From the IMG/VR virus record IMGVR_UViG_3300025357_000037, positions 1 to 31,725 of that record: a stretch of DNA of 31,725 nucleotides, one strand, 5' to 3'. How positions within the stretch are numbered: position 1 is the first letter of the stretch; each line of letters starts with the position of its first letter. The stretch is from a virus (taxonomy: Duplodnaviria > Caudoviricetes). Made by a program: the position numbers and the translations under genes. Shown here piece after piece: positions 8,206 to 18,059 of the stretch. Under the pieces are notes generated by a model, which saw only the letters and a program-made list of their open reading frames with translations, was not told the DNA's origin and ran no database searches.

Positions 8206-11031
8206 ATGTCAAATATCCAGATCCCCAACCTGCCGGTAGCCATCAGCTTAAACGGGACTGAGCAGCTAGAGGCTGTCCAGGCTGGGACATCTGTTCGTAT
8301 TACGTCGCGTCAAATAGCAAATCTTGGCGGCCCAACTGGCCCCACGGGAGCAACTGGCCCCGCGGGTGGGTTTTCTTTTAAGGGCACAGTCCCCACCGCT
8401 ACGTCTCTGCCAGGCTATCCATCAAGCTACACTGGTTCAGTGGGTGACGCATATGTTACGTCAGACACAGAGCATTTGTGGGTATGGAATGGCTCTACAT
8501 GGATAGACGTCGGACCAGTAGGCGCACAAATTACTGGGCCAACGGGACCTGGCGGGCCGACGGGTCCTACCGGAACAACCGGGTCATCTGGCGCCACTGG
8601 CCCCACTGGCCCCACGGGGTCAATTGGTAATGCTGGTCCAACTGGACCAACGGGATTAAACGGCCCAACAGGCCCAACTGGTTTTTCTGGCACTTCGGGT
8701 GCCACTGGCCCAACCGGCCCAACTGGCGCAGCATCAACTGTTGCCGGCCCCACTGGCCCAACAGGTTCTGGCCCAACGGGTCCTACGGGCGCGACTGGGT
8801 CTTCTGGTGGTGCCGGTCCTACAGGTCCAACAGGAACGGGACCTACTGGCCCGACGGGTCCAACTGGTGCGGCTTCTACGGTTGCGGGCCCAACTGGCCC
8901 GACGGGTGCGACTGGTCCTACTGGTGCAGCTTCAACAGTTGCCGGGCCGACGGGACCCACTGGCGCCGCGGGCAGTTCTGGTTCTACGGGCCCAACGGGT
9001 CCAACTGGTTCTCAAGGTAATGCCGGCCCGACAGGCCCGACAGGTGCGACAGGCCCCACTGGCGCCGCGTCTACTGTGGCTGGACCTACAGGGCCTACTG
9101 GCTCTACTGGCTCTACTGGAGCGACGGGACCAACGGGACCGACTGGCTCTACCGGCCCAACAGGACCAACCGGAAGCACTGGGTCGACGGGGCCAACTGG
9201 CGCCACAGGTCCAACTGGTCCTACGGGCGCTAATGGCAGCACATACGCCACAACGAGCACAACGTCTTTAACAATTGGAACGGGGACTCAATCGTTAACA
9301 GTTGGAACTGGGTTAGCCTATACAACGGCGCAGCAAGTTCTAATTGCGTATGACGCTTCTCATTACATGATTGGCACTGTCACGTCCTATAATTCTGGAA
9401 CTGGCGCTCTTGTTGTTAATGTAACGTCTACGACTGGCACAGGAACTTTTGCTGCTTGGTCTGTTAATCTAAATGGCGCCCCTGGCCCCGCTGGTTCTAC
9501 CGGGCCTACAGGCCCAACGGGCGCGACAGGTCCTACTGGGACAGGCCCAACAGGCGCAACAGGCCCTACTGGCGCAACTGGTGCCGGCGGAACTATAGGT
9601 TATTGGGGGTCTTTTTACGACACCACAAACCAGACAGCCGCAAGCACAGCTTCAACATATGTAATAAACATTGGTAATACAGACCCTAATAGCAGCGGCG
9701 TTAGCATTGTTAGTGGCAATCAAATTACATTTTCCAATGCCGGCGTATATAATCTGCAATATTCCATACAGTTCCAAAATACTGCGACAACTGGCAATGA
9801 TAATGTTGATGTGTGGATTAGGGTTAATGGTTCTGATGTAACAGAAAGCAATAGTATTTATTGGATACCATACAGACAAGCGGGCGTTAATGGGGAGCTG
9901 ATTGCTGCCATCAATTATGTTCTCAAATTAAATGCTGGCGATTACATCCAATTAGTGTGGGCCGTTAGCAATACTTCCATATCCATTGCATCTTTTGCGT
10001 CACAGACATCTCCTACCGTTCCAGCAACGCCGGGCGTTATTGTTACTGCGCAGCAGGTGACATATACGCAGTTAGGGCCGACCGGCTCTACTGGCCCAAC
10101 TGGTCCAACTGGTAGCACAGGATCAACAGGCCCAACTGGTCCTACTGGCGCGGCATCAACTGTGGCTGGTCCGACTGGCCCGACAGGACCTACGGGGTCT
10201 GCCGGAACAAATGGTCCGACTGGCCCTACAGGGCCAACAGGGTCTGCCGGAACAAACGGACCAACGGGTCCTACGGGATCTGCGGGAACAAATGGACCAA
10301 CGGGTCCTACAGGGTCTGCGGGAACAAATGGACCTACTGGGCCGACAGGGTCAACGGGTGCGGGTGGCCCAACAGGACCTACGGGTTCATCTGGTAGCAA
10401 CGGACCTACTGGACCAACAGGTTCTGCCGGGACAAATGGGCCTACTGGGCCGACAGGACCAACGGGATCAACTGGCGCGGGTGGCCCAACTGGACCTACT
10501 GGCACTGCTGGTTCTACGGGCGCAACCGGCCCAACGGGACCTACAGGCTCCACTGGAATAACGGGAGCAACTGGCCCAACTGGACCAACTGGAGCAGCTT
10601 CTTCGGTAGCAGGCCCAACTGGTCCTACAGGCTCAACTGGAACAACAGGCCCTACAGGACCAACCGGATCGGCTCCAAATGCGACATACGTTAGAACGAG
10701 CTTTACGGCTACTGGCGGTCAGACAACCTTCACGTTGTCTTATACAGTTGGTTATGTTGCGGTTTATCTGAATGGCGTGTTGCTGAATGCCTCAGACTAT
10801 ACGGCGTCGAACGGCACAAGTGTGGTATTAAGCGTCGGCGCTGTTGCGGGCGATATTGTCGAGACGATTGCTTACAATACGGTGAATGTTGGAACTGTCG
10901 TTGTAAACTCAACGGCAATTAGCGGTGGAACATCCGGTAGAATACTTTATGATAACGCCGCGACGGTTGGGGAATTGCCTGGGACCGGCGTGACCACAGT
11001 ATATATCGCTAACAACTTCGGGAGCCTGTAA
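8206..11031 (+). CDS. Large collagen-like fibre protein with internal globular domains (one BclA/C1q-like)
   Basis: Several GPT/GST/GAT triple-helix tracts; globular inserts near 9240-9475 and 9590-10075 (GSFYD...[11 protein letters not shown]...LNAGDYIQL); C-terminal [10 protein letters not shown]...VYLNGVLL domain. Confidence 0.88.
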   Translation: MSNIQIPNLPVAISLNGTEQLEAVQAGTSVRITSRQIANLGGPTGPTGATGPAGGFSFKGTVPTATSLPGYPSSYTGSVGDAYVTSDTEHLWVWNGSTWIDVGPVGAQITGPTGPGGPTGPTGTTGSSGATGPTGPTGSIGNAGPTGPTGLNGPTGPTGFSGTSGATGPTGPTGAASTVAGPTGPTGSGPTGPTGATGSSGGAGPTGPTGTGPTGPTGPTGAASTVAGPTGPTGATGPTGAASTVAGPTGPTGAAGSSGSTGPTGPTGSQGNAGPTGPTGATGPTGAASTVAGPTGPTGSTGSTGATGPTGPTGSTGPTGPTGSTGSTGPTGATGPTGPTGANGSTYATTSTTSLTIGTGTQSLTVGTGLAYTTAQQVLIAYDASHYMIGTVTSYNSGTGALVVNVTSTTGTGTFAAWSVNLNGAPGPAGSTGPTGPTGATGPTGTGPTGATGPTGATGAGGTIGYWGSFYDTTNQTAASTASTYVINIGNTDPNSSGVSIVSGNQITFSNAGVYNLQYSIQFQNTATTGNDNVDVWIRVNGSDVTESNSIYWIPYRQAGVNGELIAAINYVLKLNAGDYIQLVWAVSNTSISIASFASQTSPTVPATPGVIVTAQQVTYTQLGPTGSTGPTGPTGSTGSTGPTGPTGAASTVAGPTGPTGPTGSAGTNGPTGPTGPTGSAGTNGPTGPTGSAGTNGPTGPTGSAGTNGPTGPTGSTGAGGPTGPTGSSGSNGPTGPTGSAGTNGPTGPTGPTGSTGAGGPTGPTGTAGSTGATGPTGPTGSTGITGATGPTGPTGAASSVAGPTGPTGSTGTTGPTGPTGSAPNATYVRTSFTATGGQTTFTLSYTVGYVAVYLNGVLLNASDYTASNGTSVVLSVGAVAGDIVETIAYNTVNVGTVVVNSTAISGGTSGRILYDNAATVGELPGTGVTTVYIANNFGSL
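8536..9240 (+). repeat. Collagen Gly-X-Y coding repeat (9-nt period, GGN CCN ACN)
   Basis: Read directly from the sequence; punctuated by recurring AASTVA interruptions. Similar tracts occur at about 4786-4986, 5140-5510 and 10075-10670. Confidence 0.9.
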
Positions 11032-11477
11032 TGGCCGTAACTGCTACTCCAGTATTTGCTCAGACACCATATTCTGTGTCTGCTAATTTAACAGCTCAAA
11101 CTGCCTGCACGACAAGAGGCCCGACAGCTACAGCAAGCTTGGCCGGTGCTAATATCATTCAGTTCGTTCCAACTTCCACAAATGGAACGAGAGTTGACTA
11201 TATTAAAGTTGTTGCGGCTTCTACTAGTATTACTGCTGCTACGGCTGCCAACCTCGTCCAGATTTGGAACTGGGACGGCACGAATGCTTATTTGACGGAT
11301 GAAATTCCAGTTTCTGCTGTAACGCCAAGCACTACTGCGGCGGGGTTCACGACGACATATGCTTATGCAAATGGTCTGTATATCCCTTCGGCAAACCGTT
11401 TGTATGTTAGCGTGACTGTCACAACGACGGCTTCTACTACGGCACTTACCGCTACAGCGTTTGGGGCGCTTCTCTGA
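11031..11477 (+). CDS. Hypothetical virion protein (Thr/Ala-rich, beta)
   Basis: TAATG coupling to the collagen gene; 148 aa. Confidence 0.7.
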   Translation: MAVTATPVFAQTPYSVSANLTAQTACTTRGPTATASLAGANIIQFVPTSTNGTRVDYIKVVAASTSITAATAANLVQIWNWDGTNAYLTDEIPVSAVTPSTTAAGFTTTYAYANGLYIPSANRLYVSVTVTTTASTTALTATAFGALL

Positions 11478-11478
11478 T

Positions 11479-11970
11479 ATGCCACGCACATCATCCGCAT
11501 TTGGTAAGAAGGTTGCTTCGTTTGACACTAGCACTATGTCTAGTGCGCACATTTATGGCGGATCATTTGTCTCGGCAACTGAATATCCAACAGTAGATGC
11601 TGTCACTGTTATCGGCACGGCTCCAAATGCGACGATCAACTTCGACGTTGATAAGCAGTCTGTATTGTATTTTACGCAGAATGCAGGCGCTAACTGGACA
11701 ATTAATTTCAGAGGGACTGCTGCTACACAATTAAATGCATATCTTGGGCTTAATGAAACGATAACTGTTGTTGCGATGACGACACAAGGTGGAACAGCTT
11801 ATTATAATAACGCATATCAGATTGATGGAACGACTGTGACACCGAAATGGCAAGGAGGAACTGCGCCGACTACGGGTAATGCTTCAGGGATTGATATTTA
11901 TACCTACACAATTACCAAAACGGCAAATGCGACCTATACGGTTATTGCTGCCGTAACGCAGTTTAAATAA
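11479..11970 (+). CDS. Fibre adaptor-like protein, copy 1
   Basis: Clear paralogue of 12943..13401 (QSVLYFTQNAGANWTINFRG; PKWQGGTAPTTGNASGIDIYTYT...TQFK). ATG lies 1 nt after the upstream stop. Confidence 0.75.
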   Translation: MPRTSSAFGKKVASFDTSTMSSAHIYGGSFVSATEYPTVDAVTVIGTAPNATINFDVDKQSVLYFTQNAGANWTINFRGTAATQLNAYLGLNETITVVAMTTQGGTAYYNNAYQIDGTTVTPKWQGGTAPTTGNASGIDIYTYTITKTANATYTVIAAVTQFK

Positions 11971-11971
11971 A

Positions 11972-12946
11972 ATGCCAATTATCTCGACCAAAGGCGCATT
12001 TTCGGCCCAAGGATATGGGTTTGGTGGAAATACTGGTGGCCCTGTTGGAACCAAAGGCATATTTGCTTTGGGGGGTACGCCCGGCGCATCAACCACCCGC
12101 AACAAATACACTTTTGCGACTTGCACAAGCACCTCTGCGGCATCCGCATCTGCGGCCTCATATTATGGATCGGCAGCAGGTAATTCCACTAGAGGCATAT
12201 TCGCTTTGGGGTATGTGTGCGGCGTAACATCAACCACCCGCAACAAATACACTTACGCATGTTGCAGCAGTACGGCGAGTGGCGTAGGAGCTGCAAGTGC
12301 GGCCTCATATCGAGGATCTGCAGCAGGTAATTCCACTAGAGGCATATTTACTTTGGGAGTTGTGGCCGGCGGAGCATCAACCATCCGCAACAAATATACT
12401 TATGCCTGCTGTTCTAGCACAGCAAGTGGTGTCGGAGCTGCAAGTTGTGGTTCACAGTTTGGCTCAGCCGCAGGTAATTCCACTAGAGGCATATTTGCTT
12501 TGGGATCTGTGTGCGGCGTAGCATCAACCATCCGCAACAAATACACTTACGCCTGCTGTTCTAGCACAGCGACAGGCGTAGGTTCAGCGAGTGCTTCTTC
12601 ATATGGTGGCTCAGCCGCAGGTAATTCCACTAGAGGCATATTTGCTTTGGGGGTTGCGAGTGGCGCAGTATCAACCATCCGCAACAAATATACTTATGCC
12701 TGCTGTTCTAGCACAGCAAGTGGTGTCGGAGCTGCAAGTTGTGGTTCACAGTTTGGCTCAGCCGCAGGTAATTCCACTAGAGGCATATTTGCTTTGGGAT
12801 CTGTGGCCGGCGTAGGACCATCAACCATCCGCAACAAATACACTTACGCTTGCTGCACTAGCACAGCCAGTGGTGTCGGAGCTGCAAGTTGTGCTTCGTA
12901 TTATGGTTCAGCCGCCTCCAACGGAACCTGTGGGGTTAACGTATGA
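11972..12946 (+). CDS. Cys-rich six-repeat (probable beta-propeller) virion protein, copy 1
   Basis: Six ~49-aa repeats GIFALG..ST.RNKYTYACC..GSAAGNSTR; ~147-nt DNA period. Confidence 0.8.
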   Translation: MPIISTKGAFSAQGYGFGGNTGGPVGTKGIFALGGTPGASTTRNKYTFATCTSTSAASASAASYYGSAAGNSTRGIFALGYVCGVTSTTRNKYTYACCSSTASGVGAASAASYRGSAAGNSTRGIFTLGVVAGGASTIRNKYTYACCSSTASGVGAASCGSQFGSAAGNSTRGIFALGSVCGVASTIRNKYTYACCSSTATGVGSASASSYGGSAAGNSTRGIFALGVASGAVSTIRNKYTYACCSSTASGVGAASCGSQFGSAAGNSTRGIFALGSVAGVGPSTIRNKYTYACCTSTASGVGAASCASYYGSAASNGTCGVNV

Positions 12947-13401
12947 CAATACCTAGAAACCTATCCATTCTTGCGGAATACGCAGGAACCGTTAACGCCC
13001 CAGTCTTGAACCTTACCAACACTGGTGAGGTGGCGACGGTCAGCGCCACGGCAGCTACGGGCACGATTAACTACGACGTTATTACGCAAAGTGTATTGTT
13101 CTACACCACAAGCGCCTCCGCAAACTGGACGCTGAATATTCGCGGTAATAGTTCGACGAGCCTTAATACATTCATGGCAACAGGGCAGTCTATCTCGATT
13201 GCTTTTCTTGTCACCCAAGGCGCGACGGCCTATTATAATAATGCCGTCACGATTGATGGAACTTCTGTCACCCCGCAATGGCAGGGAGGAGCAGCTCCGA
13301 CAAGTGGCAATGCAAGCGGAGTGGATATTTACACGTATACCGCGGTAAAAACGGCAAGCGCGACGTATAACGTGTTTGCTTCCCAAACCCAGTTTAAGTG
13401 A
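12943..13401 (+). CDS. Fibre adaptor-like protein, copy 2
   Basis: ATGA overlap; paralogue of 11479..11970. Confidence 0.78.
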   Translation: MTIPRNLSILAEYAGTVNAPVLNLTNTGEVATVSATAATGTINYDVITQSVLFYTTSASANWTLNIRGNSSTSLNTFMATGQSISIAFLVTQGATAYYNNAVTIDGTSVTPQWQGGAAPTSGNASGVDIYTYTAVKTASATYNVFASQTQFK

Positions 13402-13408
13402 GCCTGAC

Positions 13409-14359
13409 ATGCCCGCAGTCATTACCAGAGGCGCGTTTTCTGCGAAGGCTTTTGGTTTTACTGGAAAGAAGGCTGGTGGTAGCGATGCTACTATTGGGAT
13501 ATTTGCTCTTGGATATTTATGTGGGGTTAGCAGCACAACACGCAACAAATATACTTTTTCCAATGATACAGTTGGAACTGGCGGAGTAGCCACTGCTGCT
13601 TCAGCATATGGTTCCGCTGCTGGAAATAGCACCAGAGGTATATTTGCACTTGGATATGTATGTATTTGCGGCGTAACAACACGCAACAAATATACTTATG
13701 CTTGCTGTTCAGTGGGAACTGGAGGAGCGGCAACTGCCGCATCCCGATATGGATCAGCCGCTGGAAATAGCACAAAAGGGATATTTGCTCTTGGATTTGG
13801 ATGTGGGGTTGGCGGCGGCGTAACAACACGCAACAAATATACTTATGCTTGCTGTTCAGTTGGAACTGGAGGAGTAGCTACTACTGCTTCATATATTGGT
13901 TCCGCTGCTGGAAATAGCACCAGAGGTATATTTGCACTTGGATATACAACAGGCCCATCAACAACAAGGAATAAATATACTTATGCTTGCTGCTCAGTTG
14001 GAACTGGCGGGGCAGCTACTACTGCTTCATATCAAGGTTCTGCTGCTGGGAATAGCACTAGAGGGATATTTGCTCTTGGATATGGATGTGGGGTTGGCTA
14101 CGTAACAACACGCAACAAATATACTTATGCTTGCTGCTCAGTTGGAACTGGCGGAGTAGCCACTGCTGCTTCACATTATGGTTCCGCTGCTGGAAATAGC
14201 ACCAGAGGTATATTTGCACTTGGATATACAACAGGCCCATCAACAACAAGGAATAAATATACTTATGCTTGTGATAGCGTAACAACAGGTGGGATTGCTA
14301 CCGCGGCTTCTTACGGTGGCTCAGCCGCCTCAAACGGCACATGTGGGGTTAACGTCTAA
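13409..14359 (+). CDS. Cys-rich six-repeat (probable beta-propeller) virion protein, copy 2
   Basis: N-terminus MPAVITRGAFSA aligns with MPIISTKGAFSA of copy 1; six repeats; identical C-terminus GSAASNGTCGVNV. Confidence 0.8.
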   Translation: MPAVITRGAFSAKAFGFTGKKAGGSDATIGIFALGYLCGVSSTTRNKYTFSNDTVGTGGVATAASAYGSAAGNSTRGIFALGYVCICGVTTRNKYTYACCSVGTGGAATAASRYGSAAGNSTKGIFALGFGCGVGGGVTTRNKYTYACCSVGTGGVATTASYIGSAAGNSTRGIFALGYTTGPSTTRNKYTYACCSVGTGGAATTASYQGSAAGNSTRGIFALGYGCGVGYVTTRNKYTYACCSVGTGGVATAASHYGSAAGNSTRGIFALGYTTGPSTTRNKYTYACDSVTTGGIATAASYGGSAASNGTCGVNV

Positions 14360-14368
14360 AGGGGAACA

Positions 14369-14989
14369 ATGAACTCTAATCCGCATAGAAATAACTGTGA
14401 CTTTCAGCTTCGTCATTTTATGGCTGGCTCTTGCTTCACGCCGGATGGCGCGTGGATGCTTATGTATGGACAAAAGATCGACCGCGAGGCGGTCGTTCAA
14501 AGCTGCGAAGCGCAACGTATTCGCAGAGAAGCTAAAATATTAGACGCTCAGGCTGTTATTGACGATCCGAATGCGTCAAAGACCGACAAGATGCGGGCAG
14601 AGGCCGATATTATTGAGGCTGACGCGCATTTTTATACGTGGTCAACGAATATGGAAGCCGCTCAAATGGAGCTTGCGACCATCAAGAGCATCATGGAAGA
14701 GCTTGAGCCTCATCGTAAATATGCACATCTTCCGCTTTTAGAGGCCAATGAAGCCGCACAGCGGGATGAATGGCTTGGCGAGTTCAAAAACCGTGTGGAG
14801 AACTTTCTTTTCTCAACGGGGACTATCCCAGAAGACCATCTTCGGGCTATGAGAAACCACCCTGACTTCCAGACTGAGCTTCTACCTCACATTCAAGGCG
14901 TGATGAACAAGCTGGCGGGGGCAAAGAACGCCATCGAATGTTTAACAAATCACAGCGAATACTTTTTAGAAGATAAGCGTAATGTCTGA
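14369..14989 (+). CDS. Hypothetical helical/coiled-coil protein
   Basis: RBS AGGGG; 206 aa, charged and helical; follows the repeat genes. Confidence 0.7.
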   Translation: MNSNPHRNNCDFQLRHFMAGSCFTPDGAWMLMYGQKIDREAVVQSCEAQRIRREAKILDAQAVIDDPNASKTDKMRAEADIIEADAHFYTWSTNMEAAQMELATIKSIMEELEPHRKYAHLPLLEANEAAQRDEWLGEFKNRVENFLFSTGTIPEDHLRAMRNHPDFQTELLPHIQGVMNKLAGAKNAIECLTNHSEYFLEDKRNV

Positions 14990-15614
14990 TGATGTTTTAG
15001 AAAACATTCACTGCTTTCCGACAATGGTTTATTCAATTAATAAGCCAGAGTTTTTAGAAGCAGTTCGCAAATCTGCTAACTCGGCCCTAAAGGCCATCGA
15101 CCATGAGCTAAATGAAATCTATCCCGTCAAAATGTCGGGGGATATTTCGCAAGACCCAAGCATACAGGACTTTTGTGCATACACTGCCGTGACAGCCCTC
15201 AATATCTTGCGGGAACAGGGCTACAATGTCAGAGAAAAGGCCGCATTTTTTACTGAAATGTGGGCACAGGAACACCATAAATTCAGTCAGATGGACCAGC
15301 ACATTCACCATAATGGTGTGCAGATAGTCGGATTTTACTTCCTTGACACGCCAGAAGGCTCATGCGCGGCGACGTTCCATGACCCAAGACCAGGAAAGAC
15401 GCAACTGGGCATCTCTGAAGACGATATGTCAAATGTGACATATGCCTCGAATGCTTTTCACTTCAAGCCAGAGCCGGGAGTGCTTGTTTTAACAAATGCT
15501 TGGTTGCCGCATAGCTTCACTAAAAACGGCAGCAATGAGCCTTTCCGATTTGTTCATTTCAACATCTCCCTCATCGACAATCCACAGCCAGCCTGTGAGG
15601 TAGAGGTCATATGA
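14982..15614 (+). CDS. Putative 2OG-Fe(II) oxygenase (TIGR02466-like)
   Basis: FPT.VY, EMWAQ, HIH, GFYFL, FHDPRP, PEPGVLVLTNAWLPH and HFN motifs. Confidence 0.85.
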   Translation: MSDDVLENIHCFPTMVYSINKPEFLEAVRKSANSALKAIDHELNEIYPVKMSGDISQDPSIQDFCAYTAVTALNILREQGYNVREKAAFFTEMWAQEHHKFSQMDQHIHHNGVQIVGFYFLDTPEGSCAATFHDPRPGKTQLGISEDDMSNVTYASNAFHFKPEPGVLVLTNAWLPHSFTKNGSNEPFRFVHFNISLIDNPQPACEVEVI

Positions 15615-15847
15615 ACCACTACCACATTCGCTACAACAAAATGCGTGGAGCGCCCGGGCGTGGGACTAAGGACCATGTCTGGCGTGTTTTTGAGAATGGA
15701 AGCAAAGAATATCTTGCAAAACATGTTAGAATGAATGTTCCTTCTTGGGATGAACAAACTGGCGAAGATTGGAATATCGCCTGCGACGGTTTCTTAGAAA
15801 TTGACAGAGAAACGTCGACGGTCATTATTAATGGAGAGAAGAAATGA
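15611..15847 (+). CDS. Hypothetical protein
   Basis: ATGA overlaps at both ends; IRYNK.RG.PGRGT.DHVWRVFENG. Confidence 0.7.
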   Translation: MNHYHIRYNKMRGAPGRGTKDHVWRVFENGSKEYLAKHVRMNVPSWDEQTGEDWNIACDGFLEIDRETSTVIINGEKK

Positions 15848-16377
15848 CGATGTATGCCGAGGTAAAGGACACGACGCTGATCCTTTACCCATACTTATTT
15901 TCAACTTTGCAAGAACAAAACCCATATACCAATTACGGCGACAATTATGATGTTGCCTATTGGTTCCCGCAGACACAGACGGCTATTGAGAATGGTTATA
16001 CCCTTGCGCCAGTAACCATTCTTCCAGAACCGACATATGATGCAAATACGCAGGTTTGCACTCAGAATGCCAATCCAACCTTAATTGACGGCGTTTGGAC
16101 GCTTGATTGGACGGTCGCAACCATGACGCCTGAACAGAAGGCGGCGCATGACCAGCAGGTTCAAGCACAAAACAAAAATCAAGCCTCGCAGCTTCTCACC
16201 AATACGGATTGGACGGCGATTCCAAGTGTGTCTGACCCCGCTCAATCGAACCCATATTTAACGAATCAGGCGGCGTTCCTGTCGTATCGCAGCCAGGTTC
16301 GGGCCATCGCGGTGAACCCACCGACCACGCCTGTTACAAACTGGCCAACAGTGCCGACGGAGCAATGGAGCTCGTAA
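15844..16377 (+). CDS. Tail fibre assembly chaperone-like protein
   Basis: PTYDANTQ, LLTNTDWT, YRSQVRAI and NWPTVP motifs typical of phage fibre chaperones. Confidence 0.75.
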   Translation: MTMYAEVKDTTLILYPYLFSTLQEQNPYTNYGDNYDVAYWFPQTQTAIENGYTLAPVTILPEPTYDANTQVCTQNANPTLIDGVWTLDWTVATMTPEQKAAHDQQVQAQNKNQASQLLTNTDWTAIPSVSDPAQSNPYLTNQAAFLSYRSQVRAIAVNPPTTPVTNWPTVPTEQWSS

Positions 16378-16409
16378 TATAAATTCTGGCAACGAGGAGG
16401 GGAACTCAA

Positions 16410-18059
16410 ATGCCATTTAGCTTTGAACAGGGCAAGCCGTATATACGGAATATTGTTGGCCGCGTTAAGCATGAAAGAATGCTTGATATTGGCCCAGGTT
16501 CTGGGACTTACGCCAAATTATTCCCAGAGGCTAAATGGACTGGGGTTGAGATATTTGAGCCGTATGTTAAGAAATATGGCTTAAAAAAATTATATGAAAA
16601 TATAATTATTGAAGATATTCGTAAATTTGATTTGTCTCCTTTAGGTCGCTTTGACGTTGCGATTGCAGGAGATGTGCTTGAACACATGACTGCTGAAGAG
16701 GCGATTGCAGTTGTCAATAAACTTCAATCTATAGCAGACACCGTCATTGTGAGTATTCCTATTGGCCATCACCCACAAGGTGAGTGGGAGGGTAATGTCC
16801 ATGAAACTCATGTCGTGGACGATTGGACAGACGAAAAGTTTAGAGAAGTTTTTGGTCAGCCAACTTGGGGCACCGTAGACGGCTGCATTGGTGTTTATTG
16901 CTGGTCAAATCAAAAAGTCATGCCAAAGATTTGCGTCTACACAATATCTAAAAACGAAGAAATGTTCGTAAAAAGATGGGCAGATTCTGCGCGTGAAGCT
17001 GACTTGCTTCTCATTGCGGATACTGGCAGCTCTGACAGAACTGTAGAAATTGCCAAAGAATGTGGCGTAAGAGTTCATGAGATTTGTATCACACCTTGGC
17101 GCTTTGACCACGCCAGAAACGCTTCTATTGCTCTTATCCCAAAAGACATTGATATTTGCGTCTGCATGGACGTCGATGAAATTCTTGAGCCTGGGTGGCG
17201 GCAAGAGATTGAGCGTGTATGGACGCCTCAGACAACGCGGCTGAATTATTTTTTCGATTGGGGCTGCGGGATTAAGTTTAGGTATGAAAAGATTCACGCG
17301 AGGCACGGATATTTTTGGCACCACCCCTGTCACGAATATCCAGTCTACGACAAGCGCATAACTGAAGTTTACGCCTATACTGACAAATTGCTTGTTAGCC
17401 ATCACCCAGACCCAACAAAGAGCCGTGGCCAGTATTTGGATCTTTTGAGCCTATCGGTAAAAGAAGACCCAAATTGCCCACGAAATGCTTTTTATTATGC
17501 TCGTGAATTATCGTTTCACGGCCTATGGCAAGACGCAATTGACGCTTGCAATAGATATCTCAATTTACCTGGGGCTACCTGGGACAATGAACGATGCTAC
17601 GCCTACCGCGTCATGGGCAAGTGCTATGACGAAATGGTCAATAAAGACATGGCTGAAAAGTCATACCATAGGGCTGCGGGAGAGGCACCAAATACAAGAG
17701 AGCCTTGGTGTGAGTTGGCCATGCTCATGTATCGGCAGGGTCGATGGGAAGAATGTTTTGCTTATTCTATGCGGGCCTTGAGAATCGTAAACCGCGACAT
17801 GGTCTATACGTGCGACCCGGCAGTATGGGGCCACTGGCCGCATGATCTTGCAAGTATATCGGCGTGGCACCTTGGCATGGAGCAAATTGCGCTTGATCAG
17901 GCTAAATTGGCGGCAGATATTAGCCCTCAAGAGGAAAGACTTAAAAACAATTATCAATGGATAAAAAATACGATTGAGGGAAATTTAAAAAAAAAATTCC
18001 TAATATCGTCCACTTCATCTATTTCTACGGGCCAAAATCAAGAGACTTTAGTTACATAA
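16410..18059 (+). CDS. SAM-dependent methyltransferase + GT2 glycosyltransferase + TPR fusion
   Basis: LDIGPGSG and GDVLEH (methyltransferase); KICVYTISKNEE, ADTGSSDRT, RFDHARN, MDVDE and HE (GT2); FYYARE, AYRVMGKCY and REPWCELA (TPR). Confidence 0.9.
   Translation: MPFSFEQGKPYIRNIVGRVKHERMLDIGPGSGTYAKLFPEAKWTGVEIFEPYVKKYGLKKLYENIIIEDIRKFDLSPLGRFDVAIAGDVLEHMTAEEAIAVVNKLQSIADTVIVSIPIGHHPQGEWEGNVHETHVVDDWTDEKFREVFGQPTWGTVDGCIGVYCWSNQKVMPKICVYTISKNEEMFVKRWADSAREADLLLIADTGSSDRTVEIAKECGVRVHEICITPWRFDHARNASIALIPKDIDICVCMDVDEILEPGWRQEIERVWTPQTTRLNYFFDWGCGIKFRYEKIHARHGYFWHHPCHEYPVYDKRITEVYAYTDKLLVSHHPDPTKSRGQYLDLLSLSVKEDPNCPRNAFYYARELSFHGLWQDAIDACNRYLNLPGATWDNERCYAYRVMGKCYDEMVNKDMAEKSYHRAAGEAPNTREPWCELAMLMYRQGRWEECFAYSMRALRIVNRDMVYTCDPAVWGHWPHDLASISAWHLGMEQIALDQAKLAADISPQEERLKNNYQWIKNTIEGNLKKKFLISSTSSISTGQNQETLVT
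17984..17996 (+). promoter_or_regulatory. Slippery site TTT-A10 joining GT2-TPR to the GT32 frame (-1)
   Basis: T TTA AAA AAA AAA in frame 0; the -1 frame continues KIPNIVHFIYF. An assembly homopolymer error cannot be excluded. Confidence 0.6.

Noticed and set aside
4752-10561. Minus-strand GPV-repeat ORFs and alternative-frame QLA/RQ ORFs inside the collagen genes
   Set aside because: They are shadows of GGN-CCN-ACN repeats, which lack stops in other frames; there is no independent coding evidence.
12961-13689. 242-aa minus-strand ORF and other short antisense ORFs (e.g. 110..643, 16905..17405, 31513..31725)
   Set aside because: They lie wholly opposite well-supported plus-strand genes and carry no recognisable motifs.
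11972-14359. Possible diversity-generating retroelement template/variable repeats
   Set aside because: No reverse transcriptase is in the window, all repeats are in-frame coding, and differences are not visibly adenine-specific.
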